Source: the human T2T-CHM13v2.0 reference genome, Homo sapiens. Taken from it: DNA of 64,000 nt. Positions 10,901-25,900 of the stretch are shown piece by piece (positions within the stretch are counted from its first letter, which is position 1; every line of letters begins with the position of its first letter). The notes below the pieces were generated by a model. It did not search any database, was not told where the DNA came from, and was given only the letters and a program-made list of their open reading frames with translations. A program made the translations under genes and the position numbers. The stretch lies in assembly GCF_009914755.1 (NCBI RefSeq), contig NC_060939.1. One strand, given 5' to 3'.

Positions 10901-13900
10901 AGTTGAATGCATACATCGCAAAGAAGTTTCACAGAGTACTTCTGGGTGGTTTTTATTTGAAGATATTTCCCTTTCCACAATAGGCCTCAAAGCTTTCCAA
11001 ATGTCCACTTGCAGATTCCACCAAAAGAGTGTTTCGAAACTGCTCAATCAAAAGAAAGGTTCTACTCTGTGGGATGAATGCACACATCACAAAGTAGTTT
11101 CTCAGAATGCTTCTGTGTAGTTTTTATGTGAAGATATTTGTTTTTCCACAGTAGGCCCCAAAGAGCTCCAAATATTCACTTGCAGATTCTACAAAAAGAG
11201 TGTTCCAAAACTGCTCAATCATGAAATAGGATCAACCCTGTGAGATGAATGTACGTATGACAGAGAAGTTTCTCAGAATGCTTCTGTGTAGTTTTTATGC
11301 GAAGATATTCGATTTTCCACAGTACGCCTCAAAGTTCTCCAATTATCCACTCGTAGATTCTGCAAAAAGAGAGATTCAAAACTGCTCAATCAAAAGATAG
11401 TTTCTACTCCATTAGCTGAAAGACCACATCACAAAAAAAGTTTCTCAGGATGCTTCTGTGTAGTTTTTATGTGAAGATATTTGGTTTTCCACAGTAGGCC
11501 TCAAAGCGCTCCAAATATCCACTCACAGATTCTGCAAAAAGAGAGATTCAAAACTGCTGAATCAAAAGACAGTTTCAACTCTGTGACTTCAGTGCACACC
11601 TCACAAGGATGTTTCTCAGAATGCTTCTGTGTAGTTTTTATATAAAGATATCTCCTTCTCCAAAATGGATCTCAAAGTTCTCCAAATATTCACTTCCAGA
11701 TTCTATGGAAAGATTGTCTCAAAACTGCTCAATCAAACCAAAGGTTCAACTCTGTGAGATGAATGCCCACATCACAAAGAAGTTTCTCAGAGTACTTCTG
11801 TGTAGTTTCTATTTGAGGATAGTTCCTTTTCCACCACAGACCAGAAAGGGCTCCAAATATCCATTGCAGATGGTACAAAAAGTGAGATTCAAAACTGCTC
11901 AATCCAAAGGTAGTTTCAACCATGTGATATGAATGCACACAGCACAGAGAATTTTCTCAAAATGCGTCTGTCTAGTTTTTATTTGAAGATATTTCCTTTT
12001 CTACCATAGGCCACAAACGTCTCCAAATATCCACATGCAGCTTCTACAAAAAGAGAGATTCAAAACTTCTCAATCAAAAGATAGGTTCAACTCTGTGAGT
12101 TGAAAGCACACCTCACAAAGAAGTTTCTCAGAGTGCTTCTGTGTGTTTTTATGTGAAGATATTTCCTTTTCCACAATAGGCCTCAAAGCTCTCCAAATAT
12201 CTGCGAGCAGAGTCTACAAAATGAGAGATTCAAAACTGCTCAATGAAAAGATAGGTTCAACTCTGTGAGTTGAATGCACACCTCCAAAGAAGTTTCTCAG
12301 AATGCTTCCGTGTAGTTTTTATGTGAAGATATTTACTTTTCCACAGTTGTCCCAAAGCTCTAAAATATCCACTTGCAGACCCTCCAAAAGAGTGTTTCAG
12401 AATTGCTCAATCAAAGGGAAGGTTCAATTCTGTGTGACCAATGCACTCATCACAAAGAAGTTTGTCTGAATGCTTCTGTGTAGAATTGATTTGAAGATAA
12501 TTCCTTTTCCACCACAGTCCGCAAAGGGCTAAAAATATCCACTTGCCGATTCCACAAAAAGAGAGATTCAAAACTGCTCAATCACAAGATAGGTTCAACT
12601 TGGTAATTGGAAAGCACACATGACAAACAATTTCTGAGAATGTTTCTGTGTAGTTTTTAAGGGAAGATATTTGATTTTCAAATGTAGGCCTCAAATCGCT
12701 CCAAATATCCACTTGCATATTGTACAAAAAGAGAGATTCAAAACTGGTCACTCAAAAGTTAGGTCCAGCTCTGTGAGCTGAATGCACACATCACAAAGAT
12801 GTTTCTCAGAAGGTTTCTGTATAGTTTTTATATGAAGATATTTGCTTTTCCACAATATGCCTCAAATCTCCCCAATTATCCACTTGCAGATTCTAGAAAA
12901 AGAGTGTTTCAAAACAGCTCAATCAAAATAAACTTTCAACTCTGTGAGATCAATGCACACATCACAAAGAAGTTTCTCAGAATGCTTCTGTGTAGTTTTT
13001 TTTGTGAAGATATTTGATTTTCCACAGCAGGCTTCCAAGCACTCCAAATATCCACTCGCAGATTCTGCAAAAAGAGAGATTCAAATCTGCTGAATCAAAA
13101 GATAGGTTTAACTCTGTGACTTCAATGCACACCTCACAAGGGTGTTTCTCAGAAAGCTTCTGTGTAGTTTTTATATGAAGATATCTCCTTCTCCAAAGCA
13201 GGTCTCAAAGCCCTCCAAATATTCACTTCAAGATTCTACGGAAAGATTGTCTCAACACTGCTAAATCTAAACAAATGTTCAACTCTGTGTGATGAATGCA
13301 CTCATCACAGAGAAGTTTCTCTGAATGCCTCTGTGTAGTTTTTATTTGAAGATATTTGCTTTTCCAGTATAGGGCGAAATAGGGCTCCAAATATTCACTT
13401 GCAGATTCTACAAAAGGAGAGATTCCAAACTGCTCAATCAAAACATAGGTTCAACACTGTGAGTTGAATGCACACATCACAAAGAAGTTTCACAGAGTGC
13501 TTCTGGGTAGTTTTTATTTGAGGATATTTCCCTTTCCACAATAGGCCTCAAAGCTTTCCAAATATCCACTTGCAGATTCTGCAAAAAGAGAGATACAAAA
13601 CTGCTCTATCAAAAGATAGATTCGACTCTGTGAGTTGAATGCCAACATCGCAAAGAAGTTTCTCAGAATGCTTCTCTGCAGCTTTTTTGTGAGTATGTTT
13701 CGTTTTCCACCATAGGGCGAAATGGGGCTCCAAATATCCACTTGCATTTCCTACAAAAAGAGAGATTCTAAGCTGCTCAATCAAAACATTGTTTCAACAC
13801 GGTTAGTTGAATGCACACATCCCAAAGATGTTTTTCAGAGTGCTTCTGTGTGGTTTTTATGTGAAGATACTTCCTTTTCCACAATAGGCCTCAAATCTCT

Positions 13901-16900
13901 GTAAATATCCACTTGCAGACTCTACAAAGAGTGTTTCCAAACTGCTCAATCATAAGATAGGTTCAACTCCGATAGTTGAATGCACACATCACAAAGAAGT
14001 TTCTCAGAAAGCTTCTGTGTAGTTTTTGATGAAGATATCTTCTTCTCTAAAACAGAACTCCAAGCCCTCCAAATATTCACTTCAAGATTCTACGGAAAGA
14101 TTGTCTCAAACTGCTAAATCAAAACAAAGGTTCAACTCTGTGTGATGAATGCATTCATCACAAAGAAGTTTCTCTGAGTGCTTCTGTGCAGTTTTTATTT
14201 GAAGATAATTGCTTTTCCAGTATAGGGCGAAATAGGGCTCCAAATATTCACTTGCAGATTCTACAGAAAGAGAGATTCCAAACTGCTCAATCAAAACATA
14301 GGTTCAACACTGTGAGTTGAATGCATACATCGCAAAGAAGTTTCACAGAGTACTTCTGGGTGGTTTTTATTTGAAGATATTTCCCTTTCCACAATAGGCC
14401 TCAAAGCTTTCCAAATGTCCACTTGCAGATTCCACCAAAAGAGTGTTTCGAAACTGCTCAATCAAAAGAAAGGTTCTACTCTGTGGGATGAATGCACACA
14501 TCACAAAGTAGTTTCTCAGAATGCTTCTGTGTAGTTTTTATGTGAAGATATTTGTTTTTCCACAGTAGGCCCCAAAAAGCTCCAAATATTCACTTGCAGA
14601 TTCTACAAAAAGAGTGTTCCAAAACTGCTCAATCATGAAATAGGATCAACCCTGTGAGATGAATGTACGTATGACAGAGAAGTTTCTCAGAATGCTTCTG
14701 TGTAGTTTTTATGCGAAGATATTCGATTTTCCACAGTACGCCTCAAAGTTCTCCAATTATCCACTCGTAGATTCTGCAAAAAGAGAGATTCAAAACTGCT
14801 CAATCAAAAGATAGTTTCTACTCCATTAGCTGAAAGACCACATCACAAAAAAAGTTTCTCAGGATGCTTCTGTGTAGTTTTTATGTGAAGATATTTGGTT
14901 TTCCACAGTAGGCCTCAAAGCGCTCCAAATATCCACTCACAGATTCTGCAAAAAGAGAGATTCAAAACTGCTGAATCAAAAGACAGTTTCAACTCTGTGA
15001 CTTCAGTGCACACCTCACAAGGATGTTTCTCAGAATGCTTCTGTGTAGTTTTTATATAAAGATATCTCCTTCTCCAAAATGGATCTCAAAGTTCTCCAAA
15101 TATTCACTTCCAGATTCTATGGAAAGATTGTCTCAAAACTGCTCAATCAAACCAAAGGTTCAACTCTGTGAGATGAATGCCCACATCACAAAGAAGTTTC
15201 TCAGAGTACTTCTGTGTAGTTTCTATTTGAGGATAGTTCCTTTTCCACCACAGACCAGAAAGGGCTCCAAATATCCATTGCAGATGGTACAAAAAGTGAG
15301 ATTCAAAACTGCTCAATCCAAAGGTAGTTTCAACCATGTGATGTGAATGCACACAGCACAGAGAATTTTCTCAAAATGCGTCTGTCTAGTTTTTATTTGA
15401 AGATATTTCCTTTTCTACCATAGGCCACAAACGTCTCCAAATATCCACATGCAGCTTCTACAAAAAGAGAGATTCAAAACTTCTCAATCAAAAGATAGGT
15501 TCAACTCTGTGAGTTGAAAGCACACCTCACAAAGAAGTTTCTCAGAGTGCTTCTGTGTGTTTTTATGTGAAGATATTTCCTTTTCCACAATAGGCCTCAA
15601 AGCTCTCCAAATATCTGCGAGCAGAGTCTACAAAATGAGAGATTCAAAACTGCTCAATGAAAAGATAGGTTCAACTCTGTGAGTTGAATGCACACCTCCA
15701 AAGAAGTTTCTCAGAATGCTTCCGTGTAGTTTTTATGTGAAGATATTTACTTTTCCACAGTTGTCCCAAAGCTCTAAAATGTCCACTTGCAGACCCTCCA
15801 AAAGAGTGTTTCAGAATTGCTCAATCAAAGGGAAGGTTCAATTCTGTGTGACCAATGCACTCATCACAAAGAAGTTTGTCTGAATGCTTCTGTGTAGAAT
15901 TGATTTGAAGATAATTCCTTTTCCACCACAGTCCGCAAAGGGCTAAAAATATCCACTTGCCGATTCCACAAAAAGAGAGATTCAAAACTGCTCAATCACA
16001 AGATAGGTTCAACTTGGTAATTGGAAAGCACACATGACAAACAATTTCTGAGAATGTTTCTGTGTAGTTTTTAAGGGAAGATATTTGATTTTCAAATGTA
16101 GGCCTCAAATCGCTCCAAATATCCACTTGCATATTGTACAAAAAGAGAGATTCAAAACTGGTCCCTCAAAAGATAGGTCCAGCTCTGTGAGCTGAATGCA
16201 CACATCACAAAGATGTTTCTCAGAAGGTTTCTGTATAGTTTTTATATGAAGATATTGGCTTTTCCACAATATGCCTCAAATCTCCCCAATTATCCACTTG
16301 CAGATTCTAGAAAAAGAGTGTTTCAAAACAGCTCAATCAAAATAAACTTTCAACTCTGTGAGATCAATGCACACATCACAAAGAAGTTTCTCAGAATGCT
16401 TCTGTGTAGTTTTTTTTGTGAAGATATTTGATTTTCCACAGCAGGCTTCCAAGCACTCCAAATATCCACTCGCAGATTCTGCAAAAAGAGAGATTCAAAT
16501 CTGCTGAATCAAAAGATAGGTTTAACTCTGTGACTTCAATGCACACCTCACAAGGGTGTTTCTCAGAAAGCTTCTGTGTAGTTTTTATATGAAGATATCT
16601 CCTTCTCCAAAGCAGGTCTCAAAGCCCTCCAAATATTCACTTCAAGATTCTACGGAAAGATTGTCTCAACACTGCTAAATCTAAACAAATGTTCAACTCT
16701 GTGTGATGAATGCACTCATCACAGAGAAGTTTCTCTGAATGCCTCTGTGTAGTTTTTATTTGAAGATATTTGCTTTTCCAGTATAGGGCGAAATAGGGCT
16801 CCAAATATTCACTTGCAGATTCTACAAAAGGAGAGATTCCAAACTGCTCAATCAAAACATAGGTTCAACACTGTGAGTTGAATGCACACATCACAAAGAA

Positions 16901-19900
16901 GTTTCACAGAGTGCTTCTGGGTAGTTTTTATTTGAGGATATTTCCCTTTCCACAATAGGCCTCAAAGCTTTCCAAATATCCACTTGCAGATTCTGCAAAA
17001 AGAGAGATACAAAACTGCTCTATCAAAAGATAGATTCGACTCTGTGAGTTGAATGCCAACATCGCAAAGAAGTTTCTCAGAATGCTTCTCTGCAGCTTTT
17101 TTGTGAGTATGTTTCGTTTTCCACCATAGGGCGAAATGGGGCTCCAAATATCCACTTGCATTTCCTACAAAAAGAGAGATTCTAAGCTGCTCAATCAAAA
17201 CATTGTTTCAACACGGTTAGTTGAATGCACACATCCCAAAGATGTTTTTCAGAGTGCTTCTGTGTGGTTTTTATGTGAAGATACTTCCTTTTCCACAATA
17301 GGCCTCAAATCTCTGTAAATATCCACTTGCAGACTCTACAAAGAGTGTTTCCAAACTGCTCAATCATAAGATAGGTTCAACTCCGATAGTTGAATGCACA
17401 CATCACAAAGAAGTTTCTCAGAAAGCTTCTGTGTAGTTTTTGATGAAGATATCTTCTTCTCTAAAACAGAACTCCAAGCCCTCCAAATATTCACTTCAAG
17501 ATTCTACGGAAAGATTGTCTCAAAACTCCTAAATCAAAACAAAGTTTCAACTCTGTGTCATGAATGCATTCATCTCAAAGAAGTTTCTCTGAATGCTTCT
17601 GTGCAGTTTTTATTTGAAGATAATTGCTTTTCCAGTATAGGGCGAAATAGGGCTCCAAATATTCACTTGCAGATTCTACAGAAAGAGAGATTCCAAACTG
17701 CTCAATCAAAACATAGGTTCAACACTGTGAGTTGAATGCATACATCGCAAAGAAGTTTCACAGAGTACTTCTGGGTGGTTTTTATTTGAAGATATTTCCC
17801 TTTCCACAATAGGCCTCAAAGCTTTCCAAATGTCCACTTGCAGATTCCACCAAAAGAGTGTTTCGAAACTGCTCAATCAAAAGAAAGGTTCTACTCTGTG
17901 GGATGAATGCACACATCACAAAGTAGTTTCTCAGAATGCTTCTGTGTAGTTTTTATGTGAAGATATTTGTTTTTCCACAGTAGGCCCCAAAGAGCTCCAA
18001 ATATTCACTTGCAGATTCTACAAAAAGAGTGTTCCAAAACTGCTCAATCATGAAATAGGATCAACCCTGTGAGATGAATGTACGTATGACAGAGAAGTTT
18101 CTCAGAATGCTTCTGTGTAGTTTTTATGCGAAGATATTCGACTTTCCACAGTACGCCTCAAAGTTCTCCAATTATCCACTCGTAGATCCTGCAAAAAGAG
18201 AGATTCAAAACTGCTCAATCAAAAGATAGTTTCTACTCCATTAGCTGAAAGACCACATCACAAAAAAAGTTTCTCAGGATGCTTCTGTGTAGTTTTTATG
18301 TGAAGATATTTGGTTTTCCACAGTAGGCCTCAAAGCGCTCCAAATATCCACTCACAGATTCTGCAAAAAGAGAGATTCAAAACTGCTGAATCAAAAGACA
18401 GTTTCAACTCTGTGACTTCAGTGCACACCTCACAAGGATGTTTCTCAGAATGCTTCTGTGTAGTTTTTATATAAAGATATCTCCTTCTCCAAAATGGATC
18501 TCAAAGTTCTCCAAATATTCACTTCCAGATTCTATGGAAAGATTGTCTCAAAACTGCTCAATCAAACCAAACGTTCAACTCTGTGAGATGAATGCACACA
18601 TCACAAAGAAGTTTCTCAGAGTACTTCTGTGTAGTTTCTATTTGAGGATAGTTCCTTTTCCACCACAGACCAGAAAGGGCTCCAAATATCCATTGCAGAT
18701 GGTACAAAAAGTGAGATTCAAAACTGCTCAATCCAAAGGTAGTTTCAACCATGTGATGTGAATGCACACAGCACAGAGAATTTTCTCAAAATGCGTCTGT
18801 CTAGTTTTTATTTGAAGATATTTCCTTTTCTACCATAGGTCACAAACGTCTCCAAATATCCACATGCAGCTTCTACAAAAAGAGAGATTCAAAACTTCTC
18901 AATCAAAAGATAGGTTCAACTCTGTGAGTTGAAAGCACACCTCACAAAGAAGTTTCTCAGAGTGCTTCTGTGTGTTTTTATGTGAAGATATTTCCTTTTC
19001 CACAATAGGCCTCAAAGCTCTCCAAATATCTGCGAGCAGAGTCTACAAAATGAGAGATTCAAAACTGCTCAATGAAAAGATAGGTTCAACTCTGTGAGTT
19101 GAATGCACACCTCCAAAGAAGTTTCTCAGAATGCTTCCGTGTAGTTTTTATGTGAAGATATTTACTTTTCCACAGTTGTCCCAAAGCTCTAAAATGTCCA
19201 CTTGCAGACCCTCCAAAAGAGTGTTTCAGAATTGCTCAATCAAAGGGAAGGTTCAATTCTGTGTGACCAATGCACTCATCACAAAGAAGTTTGTCTGAAT
19301 GCTTCTGTGTAGAATTGATTTGAAGATAATTCCTTTTCCACCACAGTCCGCAAAGGGCTAAAAATATCCACTTGCCGATTCCACAAAAAGAGAGATTCAA
19401 AACTGCTCAATCACAAGATAGGTTCAACTTGGTAATTGGAAAGCACACATGACAAACAATTTCTGAGAATGTTTCTGTGTAGTTTTTAAGGGAAGATATT
19501 TGATTTTCAAATGTAGGCCTCAAATCGCTCCAAATATCCACTTGCATATTGTACAAAAAGAGAGATTCAAAACTGGTCACTCAAAAGTTAGGTCCAGCTC
19601 TGTGAGCTGAATGCACACATCACAAAGATGTTTCTCAGAAGGTTTCTGTATAGTTTTTATATGAAGATATTTGCTTTTCCACAATATGCCTCAAATCTCC
19701 CCAATTATCCACTTGCAGATTCTAGAAAAAGAGTGTTTCAAAACAGCTCAATCAAAATAAACTTTCAACTCTGTGAGATCAATGCACACATCACAAAGAA
19801 GTTTCTCAGAATGCTTCTGTGTAGTTTTTTTTGTGAAGATATTTGATTTTCCACAGCAGGCTTCCAAGCACTCCAAATATCCACTCGCAGATTCTGCAAA

Positions 19901-22900
19901 AAGAGAGATTCAAATCTGCTGAATCAAAAGATAGGTTTAACTCTGTGACTTCAATGCACACCTCACAAGGGTGTTTCTCAGAAAGCTTCTGTGTAGTTTT
20001 TATATGAAGATATCTCCTTCTCCAAAGCAGGTCTCAAAGCCCTCCAAATATTCACTTCAAGATTCTACGGAAAGATTGTCTCAACACTGCTAAATCTAAA
20101 CAAATGTTCAACTCTGTGTGATGAATGCACTCATCACAGAGAAGTTTCTCTGAATGCCTCTGTGTAGTTTTTATTTGAAGATATTTGCTTTTCCAGTATA
20201 GGGCGAAATAGGGCTCCAAATATTCACTTGCAGATTCTACAAAAGGAGAGATTCCAAACTGCTCAATCAAAACATAGGTTCAACACTGTGAGTTGAATGC
20301 ACACATCACAAAGAAGTTTCACAGAGTGCTTCTGGGTAGTTTTTATTTGAGGATATTTCCCTTTCCACAATAGGCCTCAAAGCTTTCCAAATATCCACTT
20401 GCAGATTCTGCAAAAAGAGAGATACAAAACTGCTCTATCAAAAGATAGATTCGACTCTGTGAGTTGAATGCCAACATCGCAAAGAAGTTTCTCAGAATGC
20501 TTCTCTGCAGCTTTTTTGTGAGTATGTTTCGTTTTCCACCATAGGGCGAAATGGGGCTCCAAATATCCACTTGCATTTCCTACAAAAAGAGAGATTCTAA
20601 GCTGCTCAATCAAAACATTGTTTCAACACGGTTAGTTGAATGCACACATCCCAAAGATGTTTTTCAGAGTGCTTCTGTGTGGTTTTTATGTGAAGATACT
20701 TCCTTTTCCACAATAGGCCTCAAATCTCTGTAAATATCCACTTGCAGACTCTACAAAGAGTGTTTCCAAACTGCTCAATCATAAGATAGGTTCAACTCCG
20801 ATAGTTGAATGCACACATCACAAAGAAGTTTCTCAGAAAGCTTCTGTGTAGTTTTTGATGAAGATATCTTCTTCTCTAAAACAGAACTCCAAGCCCTCCA
20901 AATATTCACTTCAAGATTCTACGGAAAGATTGTCTCAAAACTCCTAAATCAAAACAAAGTTTCAACTCTGTGTCATGAATGCATTCATCTCAAAGAAGTT
21001 TCTCTGAATGCTTCTGTGCAGTTTTTATTTGAAGATAATTGCTTTTCCAGTATAGGGCGAAATAGGGCTCCAAATATTCACTTGCAGATTCTACAGAAAG
21101 AGAGATTCCAAACTGCTCAATCAAAACATAGGTTCAACACTGTGAGTTGAATGCATACATCGCAAAGAAGTTTCACAGAGTACTTCTGGGTGGTTTTTAT
21201 TTGAAGATATTTCCCTTTCCACAATAGGCCTCAAAGCTTTCCAAATGTCCACTTGCAGATTCCACCAAAAGAGTGTTTCGAAACTGCTCAATCAAAAGAA
21301 AGGTTCTACTCTGTGGGATGAATGCACACATCACAAAGTAGTTTCTCAGAATGCTTCTGTGTAGTTTTTATGTGAAGATATTTGTTTTTCCACAGTAGGC
21401 CCCAAAGAGCTCCAAATATTCACTTGCAGATTCTACAAAAAGAGTGTTCCAAAACTGCTCAATCATGAAATAGGATCAACCCTGTGAGATGAATGTACGT
21501 ATGACAGAGAAGTTTCTCAGAATGCTTCTGTGTAGTTTTTATGCGAAGATATTCGATTTTCCACAGTACGCCTCAAAGTTCTCCAATTATCCACTCGTAG
21601 ATTCTGCAAAAAGAGAGATTCAAAACTGCTCAATCAAAAGATAGTTTCTACTCCATTAGCTGCAAGACCACATCACAAAAAAAGTTTCTCAGGATGCTTC
21701 TGTGTAGTTTTTATGTGAAGATATTTGGTTTTCCACAGTAGGCCTCAAAGCGCTCCAAATATCCACTCACAGATTCTGCAAAAAGAGAGATTCAAAACTG
21801 CTGAATCAAAAGACAGTTTCAACTCTGTGACTTCAGTGCACACCTCACAAGGATGTTTCTCAGAATGCTTCTGTGTAGTTTTTATATAAAGATATCTCCT
21901 TCTCCAAAATGGATCTCAAAGTTCTCCAAATATTCACTTCCAGATTCTATGGAAAGATTGTCTCAAAACTGCTCAATCAAACCAAAGGTTCAACTCTGTG
22001 AGATGAATGCACACATCACAAAGAAGTTTCTCAGAGTACTTCTGTGTAGTTTCTATTTGAGGATAGTTCCTTTTCCACCACAGACCAGAAAGGGCTCCAA
22101 ATATCCATTGCAGATGGTACAAAAAGTGAGATTCAAAACTGCTCAATCCAAAGGTAGTTTCAACCATGTGATGTGAATGCACACAGCACAGAGAATTTTC
22201 TCAAAATGCGTCTGTCTAGTTTTTATTTGAAGATATTTCCTTTTCTACCATAGGCCACAAACGTCTCCAAATATCCACATGCAGCTTCTACAAAAAGAGA
22301 GATTCAAAACTTCTCAATCAAAAGATAGGTTCAACTCTGTGAGTTGAAAGCACACCTCACAAAGAAGTTTCTCAGAGTGCTTCTGTGTGTTTTTATGTGA
22401 AGATATTTCCTTTTCCACAATAGGCCTCAAAGCTCTCCAAATATCTGCGAGCAGAGTCTACAAAATGAGAGATTCAAAACTGCTCAATGAAAAGATAGGT
22501 TCAACTCTGTGAGTTGAATGCACACCTCCAAAGAAGTTTCTCAGAATGCTTCCGTGTAGTTTTTATGTGAAGATATTTACTTTTCCACAGTTGTCCCAAA
22601 GCTCTAAAATGTCCACTTGCAGACCCTCCAAAAGAGTGTTTCAGAATTGCTCAATCAAAGGGAAGGTTCAATTCTGTGTGACCAATGCACTCATCACAAA
22701 GAAGTTTGTCTGAATGCTTCTGTGTAGAATTGATTTGAAGATAATTCCTTTTCCACCACAGTCCGCAAAGGGCTAAAAATATCCACTTGCCGATTCCACA
22801 AAAAGAGAGATTCAAAACTGCTCAATCACAAGATAGGTTCAACTTGGTAATTGGAAAGCACACATGACAAACAATTTCTGAGAATGTTTCTGTGTAGTTT

Positions 22901-25900
22901 TTAAGGGAAGATATTTGATTTTCAAATGTAGGCCTCAAATCGCTCCAAATATCCACTTGCATATTGTACAAAAAGAGAGATTCAAAACTGGTCCCTCAAA
23001 AGTTAGGTCCAGCTCTGTGAGCTGAATGCACACATCACAAAGATGTTTCTCAGAAGGTTTCTGTATAGTTTTTATATGAAGATATTGGCTTTTCCACAAT
23101 ATGCCTCAAATCTCCCCAATTATCCACTTGCAGATTCTAGAAAAAGAGTGTTTCAAAACAGCTCAATCAAAATAAACTTTCAACTCTGTGAGATCAATGC
23201 ACACATCACAAAGAAGTTTCTCAGAATGCTTCTGTGTAGTTTTTTTTGTGAAGATATTTGATTTTCCACAGCAGGCTTCCAAGCACTCCAAATATCCACT
23301 CGCAGATTCTGCAAAAAGAGAGATTCAAATCTGCTGAATCAAAAGATAGGTTTAACTCTGTGACTTCAATGCACACCTCACAAGGGTGTTTCTCAGAAAG
23401 CTTCTGTGTAGTTTTTATATGAAGATATCTCCTTCTCCAAAGCAGGTCTCAAAGCCCTCCAAATATTCACTTCAAGATTCTACGGAAAGATTGTCTCAAC
23501 ACTGCTAAATCTAAACAAATGTTCAACTCTGTGTGATGAATGCACTCATCACAGAGAAGTTTCTCTGAATGCCTCTGTGTAGTTTTTATTTGAAGATATT
23601 TGCTTTTCCAGTATAGGGCGAAATAGGGCTCCAAATATTCACTTGCAGATTCTACAAAAGGAGAGATTCCAAACTGCTCAATCAAAACATAGGTTCAACA
23701 CTGTGAGTTGAATGCACACATCACAAAGAAGTTTCACAGAGTGCTTCTGGGTAGTTTTTATTTGAGGATATTTCCCTTTCCACAATAGGCCTCAAAGCTT
23801 TCCAAATATCCACTTGCAGATTCTGCAAAAAGAGAGATACAAAACTGCTCTATCAAAAGATAGATTCGACTCTGTGAGTTGAATGCCAACATCGCAAAGA
23901 AGTTTCTCAGAATGCTTCTCTGCAGCTTTTTTGTGAGTATGTTTCGTTTTCCACCATAGGGCGAAATGGGGCTCCAAATATCCACTTGCATTTCCTACAA
24001 AAAGAGAGATTCTAAGCTGCTCAATCAAAACATTGTTTCAACACGGTTAGTTGAATGCACACATCCCAAAGATGTTTTTCAGAGTGCTTCTGTGTGGTTT
24101 TTATGTGAAGATACTTCCTTTTCCACAATAGGCCTCAAATCTCTGTAAATATCCACTTGCAGACTCTACAAAGAGTGTTTCCAAACTGCTCAATCATAAG
24201 ATAGGTTCAACTCCGATAGTTGAATGCACACATCACAAAGAAGTTTCTCAGAAAGCTTCTGTGTAGTTTTTGATGAAGATATCTTCTTCTCTAAAACAGA
24301 ACTCCAAGCCCTCCAAATATTCACTTCAAGATTCTACGGAAAGATTGTCTCAAAACTCCTAAATCAAAACAAAGTTTCAACTCTGTGTCATGAATGCATT
24401 CATCTCAAAGAAGTTTCTCTGAATGCTTCTGTGCAGTTTTTATTTGAAGATAATTGCTTTTCCAGTATAGGGCGAAATAGGGCTCCAAATATTCACTTGC
24501 AGATTCTACAGAAAGAGAGATTCCAAACTGCTCAATCAAAACATAGGTTCAACACTGTGAGTTGAATGCATACATCGCAAAGAAGTTTCACAGAGTACTT
24601 CTGGGTGGTTTTTATTTGAAGATATTTCCCTTTCCACAATAGGCCTCAAAGCTTTCCAAATGTCCACTAGCAGATTCCACCAAAAGAGTGTTTCGAAACT
24701 GCTCAATCAAAAGAAAGGTTCTACTCTGTGGGATGAATGCACACATCACAAAGTAGTTTCTCAGAATGCTTCTGTGTAGTTTTTATGTGAAGATATTTGT
24801 TTTTCCACAGTAGGCCCCAAAGAGCTCCAAATATTCACTTGCAGATTCTACAAAAAGAGTGTTCCAAAACTGCTCAATCATGAAATAGGATCAACCCTGT
24901 GAGATGAATGTACGTATGACAGAGAAGTTTCTCAGAATGCTTCTGTGTAGTTTTTATGCGAAGATATTCGATTTTCCACAGTACGCCTCAAAGTTCTCCA
25001 ATTATCCACTCGTAGATTCTGCAAAAAGAGAGATTCAAAACTGCTCAATCAAAAGATAGTTTCTACTCCATTAGCTGAAAGACCACATCACAAAAAAAGT
25101 TTCTCAGGATGCTTCTGTGTAGTTTTTATGTGAAGATATTTGGTTTTCCACAGTAGGCCTCAAAGCGCTCCAAATATCCACTCACAGATTCTGCAAAAAG
25201 AGAGATTCAAAACTGCTGAATCAAAAGACAGTTTCAACTCTGTGACTTCAGTGCACACCTCACAAGGATGTTTCTCAGAATGCTTCTGTGTAGTTTTTAT
25301 ATAAAGATATCTCCTTCTCCAAAATGGATCTCAAAGTTCTCCAAATATTCACTTCCAGATTCTATGGAAAGATTGTCTCAAAACTGCTCAATCAAACCAA
25401 AGGTTCAACTCTGTGAGATGAATGCCCACATCACAAAGAAGTTTCTCAGAGTACTTCTGTGTAGTTTCTATTTGAGGATAGTTCCTTTTCCACCACAGAC
25501 CAGAAAGGGCTCCAAATATCCATTGCAGATGGTACAAAAAGTGAGATTCAAAACTGCTCAATCCAAAGGTAGTTTCAACCATGTGATATGAATGCACACA
25601 GCACAGAGAATTTTCTCAAAATGCGTCTGTCTAGTTTTTATTTGAAGATATTTCCTTTTCTACCATAGGCCACAAACGTCTCCAAATATCCACATGCAGC
25701 TTCTACAAAAAGAGAGATTCAAAACTTCTCAATCAAAAGATAGGTTCAACTCTGTGAGTTGAAAGCACACCTCACAAAGAAGTTTCTCAGAGTGCTTCTG
25801 TGTGTTTTTATGTGAAGATATTTCCTTTTCCACAATAGGCCTCAAAGCTCTCCAAATATCTGCGAGCAGAGTCTACAAAATGAGAGATTCAAAACTGCTC

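Noticed and set aside
10565-10906. 113-aa ORF present only in some units
   Set aside because: It is created by the 1-bp insertion and substitutions of the B-allele tract. There is no evidence of coding function.
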